Positions 35,069 through 45,262 of a stretch of DNA of 64,000 nucleotides are shown piece after piece; the stretch's first letter is position 1; each line of letters opens with the position of its first letter. The stretch is from Candidatus Microgenomates bacterium (lineage in GTDB: Bacteria; Patescibacteriota; Microgenomatia; UBA8517), in contig JBEKNE010000001.1 in the NCBI GenBank assembly GCA_049523135.1, positions 146,095 through 210,094 of the forward strand. Reading direction: 5' to 3'. The notes under the pieces were generated by a model. That model was given only the letters and a program-made list of their open reading frames with translations. It did not search any database and was not told the DNA's origin. The translations under genes and the position numbers were made by a program.

Positions 35069-37408
35069 GTGAAAAAAATTGAGAAATCCATAGAATTAGG
35101 TGGCCGTAAACTCACTTTAACCACCGGAGAGCTTGCCGAACAGGCAGCCGGAGAAGTACTTGCCCGCATGGGTGATACCGTAGTTTTAGCTACCGTTGCC
35201 GTGGCTCCTCTTAAAATGGAGATGGATTATTTTCCTCTCTCTGTTGAATATCAGGAACGTCTTTACGCTGGAGGCCGAATCAAAGGAAGCCGATGGGTAA
35301 AACGCGAAGGACGCCCCACTGACGAAGAAGTTCTTTCGGCACGTCTTATTGATAGATCTATTCGTCCGCTTTTTCCAAAAAACTACAAAAAAGAAGTTCA
35401 GATTATTGTCATGGTGCTTTCGGTTGATGGAGAAAACGACCCCAAGATTTTGGGAGCAATTGCCGCCTCAACCGCAATTCATCTCAGTTCTCTTCCCTGG
35501 AAAGGCCCGGTTGCTCCTCTAACAGTCGGAATTAAAGACGGAAAGTATATAATTAATCCCGTTTCGACTGATTTGGAAACTTCACCGATGGATTTAACTG
35601 TGTCTTCTACAAAAGAAGCGGTTTTGATGGTCGAGGCAGGAGCACGCGAGGTAACCGAGAAGCAAATAGTTGAGGGAATTGAGTTTGCACAAAAAGAAAG
35701 CAAAGCAGTTCTTAAATTAATTGAAGAGATGGCGGAAGAAACCGGTGTTAAGAGGGAAGTTTATAAAGAAGAAAAACCTTCAGCCGAACTTGAAAACCAG
35801 GTCAAAAAGTTGGTTGGAGATAGAATGGCAGGCCTTGTTAAGAATATGGCCAATCATGAAGGACCTTCAGATGAATATGCTGAGTTTATTACGGCTATAA
35901 AAGATAATTTTGAAAAGGAAGACGATAGGAAATTTGTTTTGGACATTGTTGATCATATGAAGAAAGACTATATCCGCGAGCAGATTCTTAAAAAAGGAAT
36001 AAGACCCGATGGTAGAAAGTTGACGGAACTCAGAAAACTGACAGCCCAGGTAGGAATTTTGCCAAGAACTCATGGTAGTGCACTTTTTTCTAGAGGTCAG
36101 ACTCAAGTTCTTTCTGTTGCAACTCTCGGATCCGAATCAATGGGACAACTTTTGGAAAGCGCCGAAGGCGAAGAAGAAAAGCATTATATGCATCACTATT
36201 CCATGCCTCCTTATGCGACAGGTGAAACAGGGAGAATCGGATCTCCAAATAGGCGCGAAATCGGACATGGAATGCTAGCTGAGCGTGCACTAGTACCCGT
36301 TATTCCTTCTCAGGAAGAATTTCCTTATGCCATTCGTGTTGTTTCGGAAGTAATGAGTTCAAATGGTAGTACCTCAATGGCATCTGTTGTCGGATCAACA
36401 CTTTCCTTGATGGATGCCGGAGTTCCTATCAAAGCCCCCGTTGCCGGAATTGCAATGGGACTAATTATTGAGGACGACAAAAATTTTGCAGTTCTGACGG
36501 ATTTAATGGGAATTGAGGATTTTAATGGAGATATGGACTTCAAAGTTGCGGGAACTGCAAAAGGGATTACGGCACTTCAGATGGATGTAAAAACTCTTAG
36601 CTTAACTACAAATATTCTTGAGAAAGCTTTAGATCAGGCAAAGGATGCCCGGGCACAAATTATGAAAAAGATTTTGGAAACCCTTCCTGAATCAAGGAAA
36701 ACTGTTTCGGAATATGCCCCGAAGATTAAGGTTGTAAAAATTCCTGTCGATAGAATAGGAGAATTTATAGGTCCTTCAGGTAAGAATATTAAGAAATTAA
36801 TGGCCGATACCGGGACACAAATTGATGTCAATGATGATGGCGGAGTCAGTGTTTCAGGAGTGGATCCGGAAAAAATGGAGAAAGCTATAGCCTGGGTTAC
36901 CGGATTTGCCAAGGAAGTTAAAGCAGGTGAAATTTACGAAGGAGAAGTTGTGAGATTAATGCCTTTCGGAGCTTTTGTAAACATTTTGCCCGGTAAAGAC
37001 GGAATGGTACACGTAACCGATATGGGAGTTGAGGGATTTGTTAAAGATGCGGGCGATGTTGTTCATATCGGACAAAAAGTTCAAGTTAGAGTCAAGGAAA
37101 TTGACGATCAAGGAAGAATCAACCTTAGTATGAATATGGATCCAACCAAAGATAAACCGAGAGAAGAAAGACCACGCGGAAGTTTTGGCGGAGGAAGAGG
37201 GGGATACGGCGGTGGCAGAAATAGTTTTGGAGGCGGAAGAACCGGTTATCAAAGGGGAGCTAACAGGGGTTTTGGCGGAAGCAGGGGCGGATATTCAAGG
37301 GGACCAAGAGCAGGATTCTCCAGACCGGATGAAAATGGCGGAGCTGGCGGACCCCATTTCCCAACTTCAAGGTTGGTTGAAGAAAGCAAAAAGAGCTTCG
37401 ACAGATAA
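35069..37408 (+). CDS. pnp: Polynucleotide phosphorylase
   Basis: RLIDRSIRPLFP, RREIGHG, SNGSTSMAS, GDMDFKVAG, KH and S1 domains, RGG-rich tail. Confidence 0.98.
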   Translation: MKKIEKSIELGGRKLTLTTGELAEQAAGEVLARMGDTVVLATVAVAPLKMEMDYFPLSVEYQERLYAGGRIKGSRWVKREGRPTDEEVLSARLIDRSIRPLFPKNYKKEVQIIVMVLSVDGENDPKILGAIAASTAIHLSSLPWKGPVAPLTVGIKDGKYIINPVSTDLETSPMDLTVSSTKEAVLMVEAGAREVTEKQIVEGIEFAQKESKAVLKLIEEMAEETGVKREVYKEEKPSAELENQVKKLVGDRMAGLVKNMANHEGPSDEYAEFITAIKDNFEKEDDRKFVLDIVDHMKKDYIREQILKKGIRPDGRKLTELRKLTAQVGILPRTHGSALFSRGQTQVLSVATLGSESMGQLLESAEGEEEKHYMHHYSMPPYATGETGRIGSPNRREIGHGMLAERALVPVIPSQEEFPYAIRVVSEVMSSNGSTSMASVVGSTLSLMDAGVPIKAPVAGIAMGLIIEDDKNFAVLTDLMGIEDFNGDMDFKVAGTAKGITALQMDVKTLSLTTNILEKALDQAKDARAQIMKKILETLPESRKTVSEYAPKIKVVKIPVDRIGEFIGPSGKNIKKLMADTGTQIDVNDDGGVSVSGVDPEKMEKAIAWVTGFAKEVKAGEIYEGEVVRLMPFGAFVNILPGKDGMVHVTDMGVEGFVKDAGDVVHIGQKVQVRVKEIDDQGRINLSMNMDPTKDKPREERPRGSFGGGRGGYGGGRNSFGGGRTGYQRGANRGFGGSRGGYSRGPRAGFSRPDENGGAGGPHFPTSRLVEESKKSFDR

Positions 37409-37451
37409 CTTCGTTGTGGATTGATCATTATGGGTTTACAATTTATTAGTT

Positions 37452-38294
37452 ATGGAAGGTATCGAATCAGATGTTGAAAATCAAGTTTTTGTTGCTCCCA
37501 ATATTGAAAAAATTGATGAGGGGAATGGCCCTGTTGAAGGAGTAGTTAAAAAAGCTAAAGATTTAGGTTTAAATGTTCCTTCTGGACAAGGTCTTGATCT
37601 CTCTCAAATTAAAAATTTATATGGGGAGAATGACTATTTTGAAAAGAAGAGATTGTATGGAGACAGGATTGCTAAAGGGTCAACTGCAGAAGTGTTTTTA
37701 GATAGAAAGACGGGAATTATTACAAAAATCTTTGAACCAAATCTAACAGAGGCGCAAATCAAAAAGAATGCAGAGCAGATAGGAATATATAAAAACAATA
37801 ATGGCAAACAAGAGTCATTAACTTTTGTAAGAGAAATTCCAGGAGGCTGGCAACAAAAATACTTAGTAAATGACGGTGACATTTTAGGATTGGCTACTTC
37901 AGACCAACCTCCAATTACAGATCAAGAAATTGATCAAGCTATTAATGACGTGATTCAATTGGCTGAAATCACGGGCTGTGCCCATGGAGATTTAGTCAAG
38001 CATCCTGGTGAAGTCGGTGATTGGCAAAGAGAATTGTTGAGAAAACAATTCGAAGTTGTTGAGCAGACCGGCTATATAAATTTTCAAAATGTTTTATTTC
38101 GAAAGGAACTTGGCGGAACGCGAAAATTACTCTTTCTGGATTGGGATGGTGCTTCTGACCCAATAACTATCGGGGGAACTGTGGATACAAAAGATAAGAG
38201 ATTTATTGAAGGAGAAATAAAACTGTTCGGTGATGGTCTAAAAAATATACAATCAAAAATGACTAACAGACAGAGTGAAATTAATAATCCTTAG
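37452..38294 (+). CDS. Hypothetical protein with protein-kinase-like motifs
   Basis: IAKGSTAEVF, IITKIF, HGDL....NVL, FLDWD occur in kinase order. Confidence 0.55.
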   Translation: MEGIESDVENQVFVAPNIEKIDEGNGPVEGVVKKAKDLGLNVPSGQGLDLSQIKNLYGENDYFEKKRLYGDRIAKGSTAEVFLDRKTGIITKIFEPNLTEAQIKKNAEQIGIYKNNNGKQESLTFVREIPGGWQQKYLVNDGDILGLATSDQPPITDQEIDQAINDVIQLAEITGCAHGDLVKHPGEVGDWQRELLRKQFEVVEQTGYINFQNVLFRKELGGTRKLLFLDWDGASDPITIGGTVDTKDKRFIEGEIKLFGDGLKNIQSKMTNRQSEINNP

Positions 38295-38340
38295 TGTTTT
38301 TATAATTGAATTAATCCGAGCTTCAGTGTAGATTTAAGTT

Positions 38341-39387
38341 ATGGATTCTGCTGCCCAGGAAATTACTGTTTTAATCGATAGAATTAAAAAAGCTGATCTG
38401 CCGGAGAAACTTCGAGAACTAGTTTTGGTTCGTCTTGCACAACTTTCAAAACTTACAAATTCACCCTCTTTCTTACCGGAGTTTGACAGTATGGAAAGGT
38501 ATATCGATTGGATTACAGTTTTACCCTGGAATAAAAGAACTCAGGATACGCTTGATCTTGAAAATGCCAAAAAGATTTTGGAACTTCACCATTACGGTTT
38601 GACGGATATTAAAACCCGTATTTTGGAATATATGAGTGTTATGAAACTTAAGCAGGAAAAAGGGGAAACAAAAGATATTTATAGAGCACCCATTCTTTGT
38701 TTCGTGGGTTTGGTTGGTACCGGCAAAACGACTATTGCCTATTCAATTGCGGAAGCCTTGGGGCGCCCTATTGCTAGAATTCCTTTCGGAGGAATGGGAG
38801 ACCCGCTGGATCTTAGAGGTCAAAGCAGAATGCATCCGGAAGCGGAACCTGGAAAAATAATTAAAGCATTGAAAGATGTCCAGACAAAAAACCCCGTAAT
38901 TCTTTTGGACGAAATTGACAGGGTTACTGAGGAAGGAAGAAGTTCAATAATGGGAGTTTTGGTTGAGCTTCTAGATCCCCGTCAGAATTATGCTTTTACC
39001 GATCACTATGTTGATTTTCCGTTTGATCTTTCCGAAGTCTTGTTTATTACAACTGCCAATAATACAACCAATATAGCAACGGCTGTGATGGATAGACTTG
39101 AACCGATTTCGATGCCCAGCTATACCGATCAGGAAAAAGTAACAATAGGTCAAAGATATGTTCTGCCTTCTTCAATGAAGGCCGCAGGACTCCCCCAAGG
39201 ATCTTTGATAATTGATCCGGATGTCTGGGCAAACATTGTTAGGCCCTTGGGTTATGATGCTGGAATACGTACGTTGGAGCGAAACATCGACAGTATTGTC
39301 AGAAAAGTTGCAAAAATTATTGTTGAAGGGAAAGCCCAGAATGTTCATGTTACCTCGCAAAATATAAAGGAGTTCTTGCCTCAGTAG
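38341..39387 (+). CDS. Lon-type AAA+ ATPase lacking the protease and N-terminal domains
   Basis: YIDWITVLPW, HYGL..IK.RILEY, GLVGTGKTT, NPVILLDEID, F.DHY...FDLS.VLFI.TAN, GIRTLER; ends before the Ser-Lys domain. Confidence 0.88.
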   Translation: MDSAAQEITVLIDRIKKADLPEKLRELVLVRLAQLSKLTNSPSFLPEFDSMERYIDWITVLPWNKRTQDTLDLENAKKILELHHYGLTDIKTRILEYMSVMKLKQEKGETKDIYRAPILCFVGLVGTGKTTIAYSIAEALGRPIARIPFGGMGDPLDLRGQSRMHPEAEPGKIIKALKDVQTKNPVILLDEIDRVTEEGRSSIMGVLVELLDPRQNYAFTDHYVDFPFDLSEVLFITTANNTTNIATAVMDRLEPISMPSYTDQEKVTIGQRYVLPSSMKAAGLPQGSLIIDPDVWANIVRPLGYDAGIRTLERNIDSIVRKVAKIIVEGKAQNVHVTSQNIKEFLPQ

Positions 39388-39401
39388 TATAGAATAGATT
39401 G

Positions 39402-39878
39402 ATGAAAATTTTAGTAATATCCGATTCTCATGGAAATATTACCGGCTTAAAACATGTTTTGGGTTTTGCCAAAAAAATTGGTATTGATGTTGTAATTCAT
39501 GCCGGGGACTGGAATACGGCTGAATCGGTTAAGACAGTTTTGTCTTTTGGAATTCCTCTTTATACGGTTTTGGGAAACGCAGACATTGATCCAAAAGTAA
39601 GTGAAGAACTAAAAGCGAAGAGCAAAAAGTTTGACGAAGATTTTTTGATAATAAATCTTAATGGAAAAAATATCGGAATTACCCATAAACCAGCGGACAA
39701 TAAAAAATATTTTTTGGGCAAAAAATTGGACATTATTTTTAATGGACACTTGCATTCGAGATATGAAAGCAGCCAAACTTCGGTTAAAGTTATCCGCCCG
39801 GGAGCAATAATAAAAGGAAACAATTTTGCAATTTATGAAACCTCGACAAATAAGGTAGAATTCATTGAAGATGTCTAA
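39402..39878 (+). CDS. YfcE-like metallophosphoesterase
   Basis: ISDSHGN, HAGD, GNAD, TH, GHLH. Confidence 0.9.
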   Translation: MKILVISDSHGNITGLKHVLGFAKKIGIDVVIHAGDWNTAESVKTVLSFGIPLYTVLGNADIDPKVSEELKAKSKKFDEDFLIINLNGKNIGITHKPADNKKYFLGKKLDIIFNGHLHSRYESSQTSVKVIRPGAIIKGNNFAIYETSTNKVEFIEDV

Positions 39879-40506
39879 ATACGAAGAACTTCACAAGCTG
39901 GAGGAAGAAATGGAAAAGGATGATTCACTTCCTCTTAGATCCGATGTCACAAAACTGGTTTTTGGAACGGGAAATACCGAAGCTAAAATTCTCGCAGTCG
40001 GGGAGGGTCCCGGGTTCAATGAAAACCAACAGGGAATTCCGTTTGTTGGACAAGCCGGAAAGCTTCTTGATAAATTATTTCCTTTGGCGGGACTGGAACG
40101 AAAAGAAGTTTTCATTACCAATATTGTTCATCATAGACCTCCCGAAAACCGCGATCCACTTCCAAACGAAATAGAAGCTTACGGAAAGTATTTGGATAAA
40201 ATTATTCAAATTATCGACCCTGAAATTATTATTACCTTAGGACGCTACTCAATGGCTAAGTTTTTGCCCAATATTTTTATTTCGGCTGTGCACGGCAAGA
40301 GGTATGACATTACTTGGAATGGAAAAATGATTACCGTTATTCCCATGTATCACCCGGCGGCATCGCTTAGGAACAGCAACATACTGGAACTTGAAAAAAC
40401 GGATTTTGTTAATTTGAAAGAAATCCTGAAAAAGATTGAAAATGAGAAAAAGACAAAAGAAACGGAAAGTGCTAAAGTAAAAGTGGAACAGATGAACCTT
40501 GTTTAA
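39871..40506 (+). CDS. Uracil-DNA glycosylase, family 4
   Basis: GEGPG..E...G.PFVG.AG, RPPENR.P, YHPAA. Confidence 0.92.
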   Translation: MSKYEELHKLEEEMEKDDSLPLRSDVTKLVFGTGNTEAKILAVGEGPGFNENQQGIPFVGQAGKLLDKLFPLAGLERKEVFITNIVHHRPPENRDPLPNEIEAYGKYLDKIIQIIDPEIIITLGRYSMAKFLPNIFISAVHGKRYDITWNGKMITVIPMYHPAASLRNSNILELEKTDFVNLKEILKKIENEKKTKETESAKVKVEQMNLV

Positions 40507-40510
40507 CAAA

Positions 40511-42163
40511 ATGCCCTCACTTAAATTCATTGCCCTTTCGGGTACTACAGATGTAACGGAAAATCTTTACGTTTATGAGTACGGGAACGATATGATTGTC
40601 GTTGATTGCGGAGTCGGATTTCCCGATAGCGAAATGTTTGGGGTTGATCTTGTTATTCCTGACTTTTCCTATATTAAGAAAAATGCTAATAAACTTCGGG
40701 GAGTGTTAATTTCCCACGGACACGAAGATCATTTGGGAGGCCTGCCATTTCTTCTTAAAGATGTAAAAACGACTATTTATGCGACAAAACTTGTTGGTGG
40801 TTTTATTCAGGATAAATTTGTAGATTACGACACCCCTCCCCCAAAGATTAACGTTTTTGATCCGGACCGCGATGTTTTAACTCTTGGGGTTTTTAAAATT
40901 ACACCGTTTCGTGTAAGTCATTCTGTTCCTGATGGGGTTGGTTTTTGTATCGATACTCCCGAAGGAAAAGTTTTCCATGTTCCGGATTATAAATTTGACT
41001 GGACACCCGTTGACGGACGTCCTTTTGATGCCGCTAAAGTTGCAACCTTAGCTTCTCAGGGAGTTTTGGCTTTGGCTTCTGACGCACTTGGAGCAAACAC
41101 TCCCGGATATACCGAAAGCGAGCAAGCTCTTGAGGGTAGGATCGAAGCTGTTGCCCGAGATGTAAAGGGTAAAATTTATCTGACAACAATCTCGAGTAAT
41201 ATCAGCAGAATTCAGCAAACAATAAATGTCGCTGCAAAAGTCGGAAGAAAAGTTTGTTTTATCGGCAGGTCTACGGAAAGAAAAGCCCAAATTGCCAAGG
41301 ACCTCGGATACCTTTTTTACCCGAATGGTTTGGTCATAAAATCCAAACAGGCGGGTAAACTTCCGCCAAATAAGATTTTTTATATAATTTCGGGAAGTTA
41401 TGGTCAACCCGGGAGCGCGCTTTATAGGCTTTGCATGGGTGAACATGACTTCTTAACAATCGGAAAAGGAGATGTTGTTATATTTTCCGCCGATCCTGCC
41501 CCGCCCGGAAGTAAGGCGAATGTTGATTTCTTGGTTGATAAGCTAATTGAGGCGGACGTCGATGTCCACTACTATGATATGCAGGAAGATCTGCATGTCT
41601 CTGGTCACGGAAGTATTGGGGATATTGAAATGCTTTTTGCATTGGTAAAACCCAAATATTACATTCCGATAGGAGGAACAATAAGACACATGAGAGCCTA
41701 TGGTCTTATTGCACAGAGGATGGGGGCTACCGAAAATGATGTATTAGAACTTCTGCCCGGAGACATTGTTGAATTTAATAACCAAAATGCTCGGCTTGCT
41801 GGCAAAGTCCCCGTAAAGGAAGTTATGGTGGATGGGCTTGGAATTGGGGATGTCGGAAATGTTGTTTTGAGAGATAGACACATTCTTTCCAAGGAGGGAA
41901 TTGTTATTGCTATAATTCATTTTGATAGAAACCAAAGCATACTTTTGCAGGAGCCTGAGATTATGAGTCGGGGATTTGTTTTTGAACAAAAATACGGAAA
42001 AATTCTGGAGGATGCAAGTAGGGAACTATCCCGTGCGATGCAGAAAAAGAAATCAATAAACTCTAATGTTGTCAGAAATATTGCAATAGATTTCTTAGAA
42101 AGATACTTCTATCAGAAAACGGGCCGCAGGCCCATGATTCTTCCCGTGGTTGTTGAGGTTTGA
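40511..42163 (+). CDS. rnj: Ribonuclease J
   Basis: SHGHEDHLGG, HSVPD, DYKFD, HVSGHG, RRPMILPVV. Confidence 0.95.
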   Translation: MPSLKFIALSGTTDVTENLYVYEYGNDMIVVDCGVGFPDSEMFGVDLVIPDFSYIKKNANKLRGVLISHGHEDHLGGLPFLLKDVKTTIYATKLVGGFIQDKFVDYDTPPPKINVFDPDRDVLTLGVFKITPFRVSHSVPDGVGFCIDTPEGKVFHVPDYKFDWTPVDGRPFDAAKVATLASQGVLALASDALGANTPGYTESEQALEGRIEAVARDVKGKIYLTTISSNISRIQQTINVAAKVGRKVCFIGRSTERKAQIAKDLGYLFYPNGLVIKSKQAGKLPPNKIFYIISGSYGQPGSALYRLCMGEHDFLTIGKGDVVIFSADPAPPGSKANVDFLVDKLIEADVDVHYYDMQEDLHVSGHGSIGDIEMLFALVKPKYYIPIGGTIRHMRAYGLIAQRMGATENDVLELLPGDIVEFNNQNARLAGKVPVKEVMVDGLGIGDVGNVVLRDRHILSKEGIVIAIIHFDRNQSILLQEPEIMSRGFVFEQKYGKILEDASRELSRAMQKKKSINSNVVRNIAIDFLERYFYQKTGRRPMILPVVVEV

Positions 42164-42191
42164 GGCAACTTCGATATACAATGGTTTTATC

Positions 42192-44315
42192 ATGGCATTC
42201 AAGAAAAGAAAAAGATTCACAAAAAGAGCCTTCAGGTTGAAGTTAAAAAAGGAGTCGATGTTTTCAATTTCTCAAATTATCTTTTTTGCAATTGCTGTTC
42301 TTATACTTATTTCTTTCTCGCGCCAAGGAGTGGTCTTACTTAAGTTCAATACACTGCTTCTTAATTATTTTTCGTGGTCTTCTATTTTTTTACCGTTTAT
42401 TTTTTTATCTTTTGCTTTTCTTCTTTCCAAAGTTAAATTTGTCTTGGGGCAACCTAATGTGGTTGTCGGCGGACTTCTTTTCTTTATTGCCGTAATGGGC
42501 TTAGGGCATGCAGGTATAGTTGGGCTGACTATTTGGGAATCGATTGTGGCTCTTATTACAGGAGTTGGCGCAGCAATAATTTATGTAGGTGTCGGAATGG
42601 TTGGTCTGATTATTTTATTTAATACATCGATTGATCAAGTTTACAAAATTATTAAAGAAATGTTCCGGCAGGTTAGTATCTATATTCATGGGAATGGTGG
42701 ACAACTGCAAATCGGCGGAAAGCCTCTTTCCAAAGGACCAATGAAAGTCTCGGGAGGTGGAATATTTCAGACGCAGGGAGTTAATAGACCTGCCGCTCCT
42801 ATTGCTGGTGCCGGTATTTCAAAAGAGCCATTGGAACAAAAGCTTGTGAGTAATATTCCGGGAGAAGAAAAAATCTGGAAATACCCAAGTCTAGATCTCT
42901 TAACGGGTGTTGAGACGGGTAAAGCGGATAGAGGCGATATCAAAGGAAATGCCGATACGATTGAGAAAAATCTGGAATCTTTCGGAATTACCGCCAGAGT
43001 AGTTGAGGTCAATTTAGGCCCGGCTGTTACCCAGTATGCATTGGAAGTTGCTCTGGGAACGAAACTTTCAAAAATTACTTCACTGGAAAGGGATTTGGCT
43101 CTGGCTCTTTCTGCTCCCACAGGTACCATAAGAATAGAAGCTCCTATTCCCGGGCGTAACTTAGTCGGAATTGAACTTCCTAATAGATCTGCTGAATTTG
43201 TGACCTTGAGAAAAATAATGGAATCTGAAGCAATGCGTACTGCAAAATCTAAGCTTGAAATCTCTCTTGGGTTAGATGTTTCGGGAAAGCCTGTTGTTGC
43301 CGATATTGCCAAAATGCCCCACCTTCTTATTGCCGGGCAAACAGGATCCGGTAAATCAGTTTGTATCAATGCGTTTTTGGGATCCCTTCTTTTCAGAGCA
43401 TCACCCGCTGAGCTGAAGCTAATTCTGGTTGATCCTAAAAGAGTGGAATTGACACATTACAATGGCATTCCACACCTTCTTTCACCCGTAATTGTTGAAC
43501 CGGAAAAAGTTATCTCAGCCTTAAATTGGATAATATCTGAAATGGACAGGCGCTATAAGCTTTTTGCCCAAGTTGGAGCCAGAAATATTGATTCGTACAA
43601 CCAGATCTCAGGTTTTCAGGCATTGCCTTATATTGTTCTTTTTATTGATGAACTCGCGGATATAATGCTTTTCTCTCCTGTTCAGGTTGAAGATGCTATT
43701 ACCCGTATTGCCCAGATGAGTAGGGCAACGGGAATTCATATGGTTCTTGCAACCCAGAGGCCTTCGGTTGATGTTATAACAGGTTTAATCAAAGCCAATA
43801 TCCCGAGTAGAATTGCATTTGCCGTAGCATCCCAAATTGACTCCCGCGTAATTCTTGATACTCAAGGAGCGGAGAAACTTTTAGGTAGAGGGGATATGCT
43901 TTATTTGCCTCCGGAACAGGCTAAACCAATTAGAATTCAGGGAGCTTTTGTAAATGATGAAGAAATAAACAGTCTTGTTGCTTTCCTTAAAGAACAAGGA
44001 GTTAACCCTCAATATACGGAAGAAGTTACTTCGATGCCTAAAGCGGGAGCGGCTTCTGTCCCGGGGGTAGAAGGGGAGGTTGATGACTTTTTTAAAGAAG
44101 CGGTTAAAATTGTCTGTCAATACGACAGAGCTTCGGCCTCTCTTTTACAAAGAAGACTTTCAATCGGTTATGCCCGCGCCGCCAGAATTGTGGATCAGCT
44201 GGAAGCGGCCGGTGTTATTGCCCCAACCGGAGGTGGTAGTAAGGCCCGAGAGGTTTTAGTCCAAAACGCCGATGAATTTTTGGCTTCTTTTGGAAATCCC
44301 CCTACCCAGGAGTAA
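42192..44315 (+). CDS. ftsK: DNA translocase FtsK/SpoIIIE
   Basis: N-terminal TMs, GQTGSGKS, IDELAD, ATQRPSVDV, gamma domain SASLLQRRLSIGYARAAR. Confidence 0.96.
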   Translation: MAFKKRKRFTKRAFRLKLKKESMFSISQIIFFAIAVLILISFSRQGVVLLKFNTLLLNYFSWSSIFLPFIFLSFAFLLSKVKFVLGQPNVVVGGLLFFIAVMGLGHAGIVGLTIWESIVALITGVGAAIIYVGVGMVGLIILFNTSIDQVYKIIKEMFRQVSIYIHGNGGQLQIGGKPLSKGPMKVSGGGIFQTQGVNRPAAPIAGAGISKEPLEQKLVSNIPGEEKIWKYPSLDLLTGVETGKADRGDIKGNADTIEKNLESFGITARVVEVNLGPAVTQYALEVALGTKLSKITSLERDLALALSAPTGTIRIEAPIPGRNLVGIELPNRSAEFVTLRKIMESEAMRTAKSKLEISLGLDVSGKPVVADIAKMPHLLIAGQTGSGKSVCINAFLGSLLFRASPAELKLILVDPKRVELTHYNGIPHLLSPVIVEPEKVISALNWIISEMDRRYKLFAQVGARNIDSYNQISGFQALPYIVLFIDELADIMLFSPVQVEDAITRIAQMSRATGIHMVLATQRPSVDVITGLIKANIPSRIAFAVASQIDSRVILDTQGAEKLLGRGDMLYLPPEQAKPIRIQGAFVNDEEINSLVAFLKEQGVNPQYTEEVTSMPKAGAASVPGVEGEVDDFFKEAVKIVCQYDRASASLLQRRLSIGYARAARIVDQLEAAGVIAPTGGGSKAREVLVQNADEFLASFGNPPTQE

Positions 44316-44348
44316 ACTCTGAAATAAATTCAGGAAGATAAAAATATT

Positions 44349-44972
44349 ATGAGAACGATTGGTCAAATTGTTAAAAATGCACGTACTGGAAAAAGACTTT
44401 CTTTGAAAGATCTTGAAGGAAAAACAAAAATAAAAGCCGCCTTTGTTCAATCTATTGAAAAAGAAAATTGGCAGGATCTACCTCCTTTTCCGACAGTTCT
44501 CGGATTTGTAAAAAGTCTTTCGGGGGAACTGGGAATTGACGAGAAAATGGCGGTAGCAGTACTTAAGCGCGATTATCCGCTTAAAAATCTTAATATTAAT
44601 CCCAAAGAGACAAAGAAAGTATTCACTTGGAGTCCAAAACTTACATTTACCGTTGGAGTTGGAGCTATAGTACTTGCTGTTTTAGGATACTTGGCCTTTC
44701 AATATATAAGATTTGTTTCTCCGCCAACTTTGGTAATTGAAAGTCCTGTCGAAGGACAAGTTATAAATGGTAATTCTGTTTTAGTTTTTGGCCAAACCGA
44801 TCCCGATGCAAAAGTAATTGTAGATAATGAACCGGTTCTGACGGACGAAGACGGAAAATTTTCTGTGAATATCGATATAACCCCCACAACAAAAGAGATA
44901 TCTATTGAAGCAACTTCAAGATCCGGAAAAGAAAGAATTATCAACCGTACAATTAATATTCAGTCTGATTGA
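44349..44972 (+). CDS. RodZ-like HTH membrane protein with C-terminal Ig-like domain
   Basis: IGQIVKNAR..KRLSL.....TKI....IE......LP....GFVK; TM; position after ftsK. Confidence 0.8.
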   Translation: MRTIGQIVKNARTGKRLSLKDLEGKTKIKAAFVQSIEKENWQDLPPFPTVLGFVKSLSGELGIDEKMAVAVLKRDYPLKNLNINPKETKKVFTWSPKLTFTVGVGAIVLAVLGYLAFQYIRFVSPPTLVIESPVEGQVINGNSVLVFGQTDPDAKVIVDNEPVLTDEDGKFSVNIDITPTTKEISIEATSRSGKERIINRTINIQSD

Positions 44973-45010
44973 TTGTAAATTTTCGGTTTTTAATTGATAT
45001 AATTATCCTT

Positions 45011-45244
45011 ATGGATTCTGTACAAACACTTTTAATTATTGTAGTTGTAAGTTTAACAATTTTACTTGTGGTTGTCGGAGTTGAGGTAATGCTTGTAATA
45101 GTGGACCTTCGGCGTGCAGTAAAAAGATTAAATAGTATTTTGGAAGATGCAATTCTTGGCGGGGGTTTAATCCGTCCGGAAAAACTTACCTCGGTTCTCG
45201 AAATTCTCCATAAAGGTAAAAAATTGGAAACCCACGGTGGCTAA
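45011..45244 (+). CDS. Small single-TM hypothetical protein
   Basis: TATAAT 7 nt before ATG 45011; TM and amphipathic tail. Confidence 0.7.
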   Translation: MDSVQTLLIIVVVSLTILLVVVGVEVMLVIVDLRRAVKRLNSILEDAILGGGLIRPEKLTSVLEILHKGKKLETHGG

Positions 45245-45262
45245 AAATGATATACTTTAGCC

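Noticed and set aside
36990-37408. RGG repeats in the pnp tail as a separate element
   Set aside because: Ordinary low-complexity RNA-binding tail in frame with PNPase.
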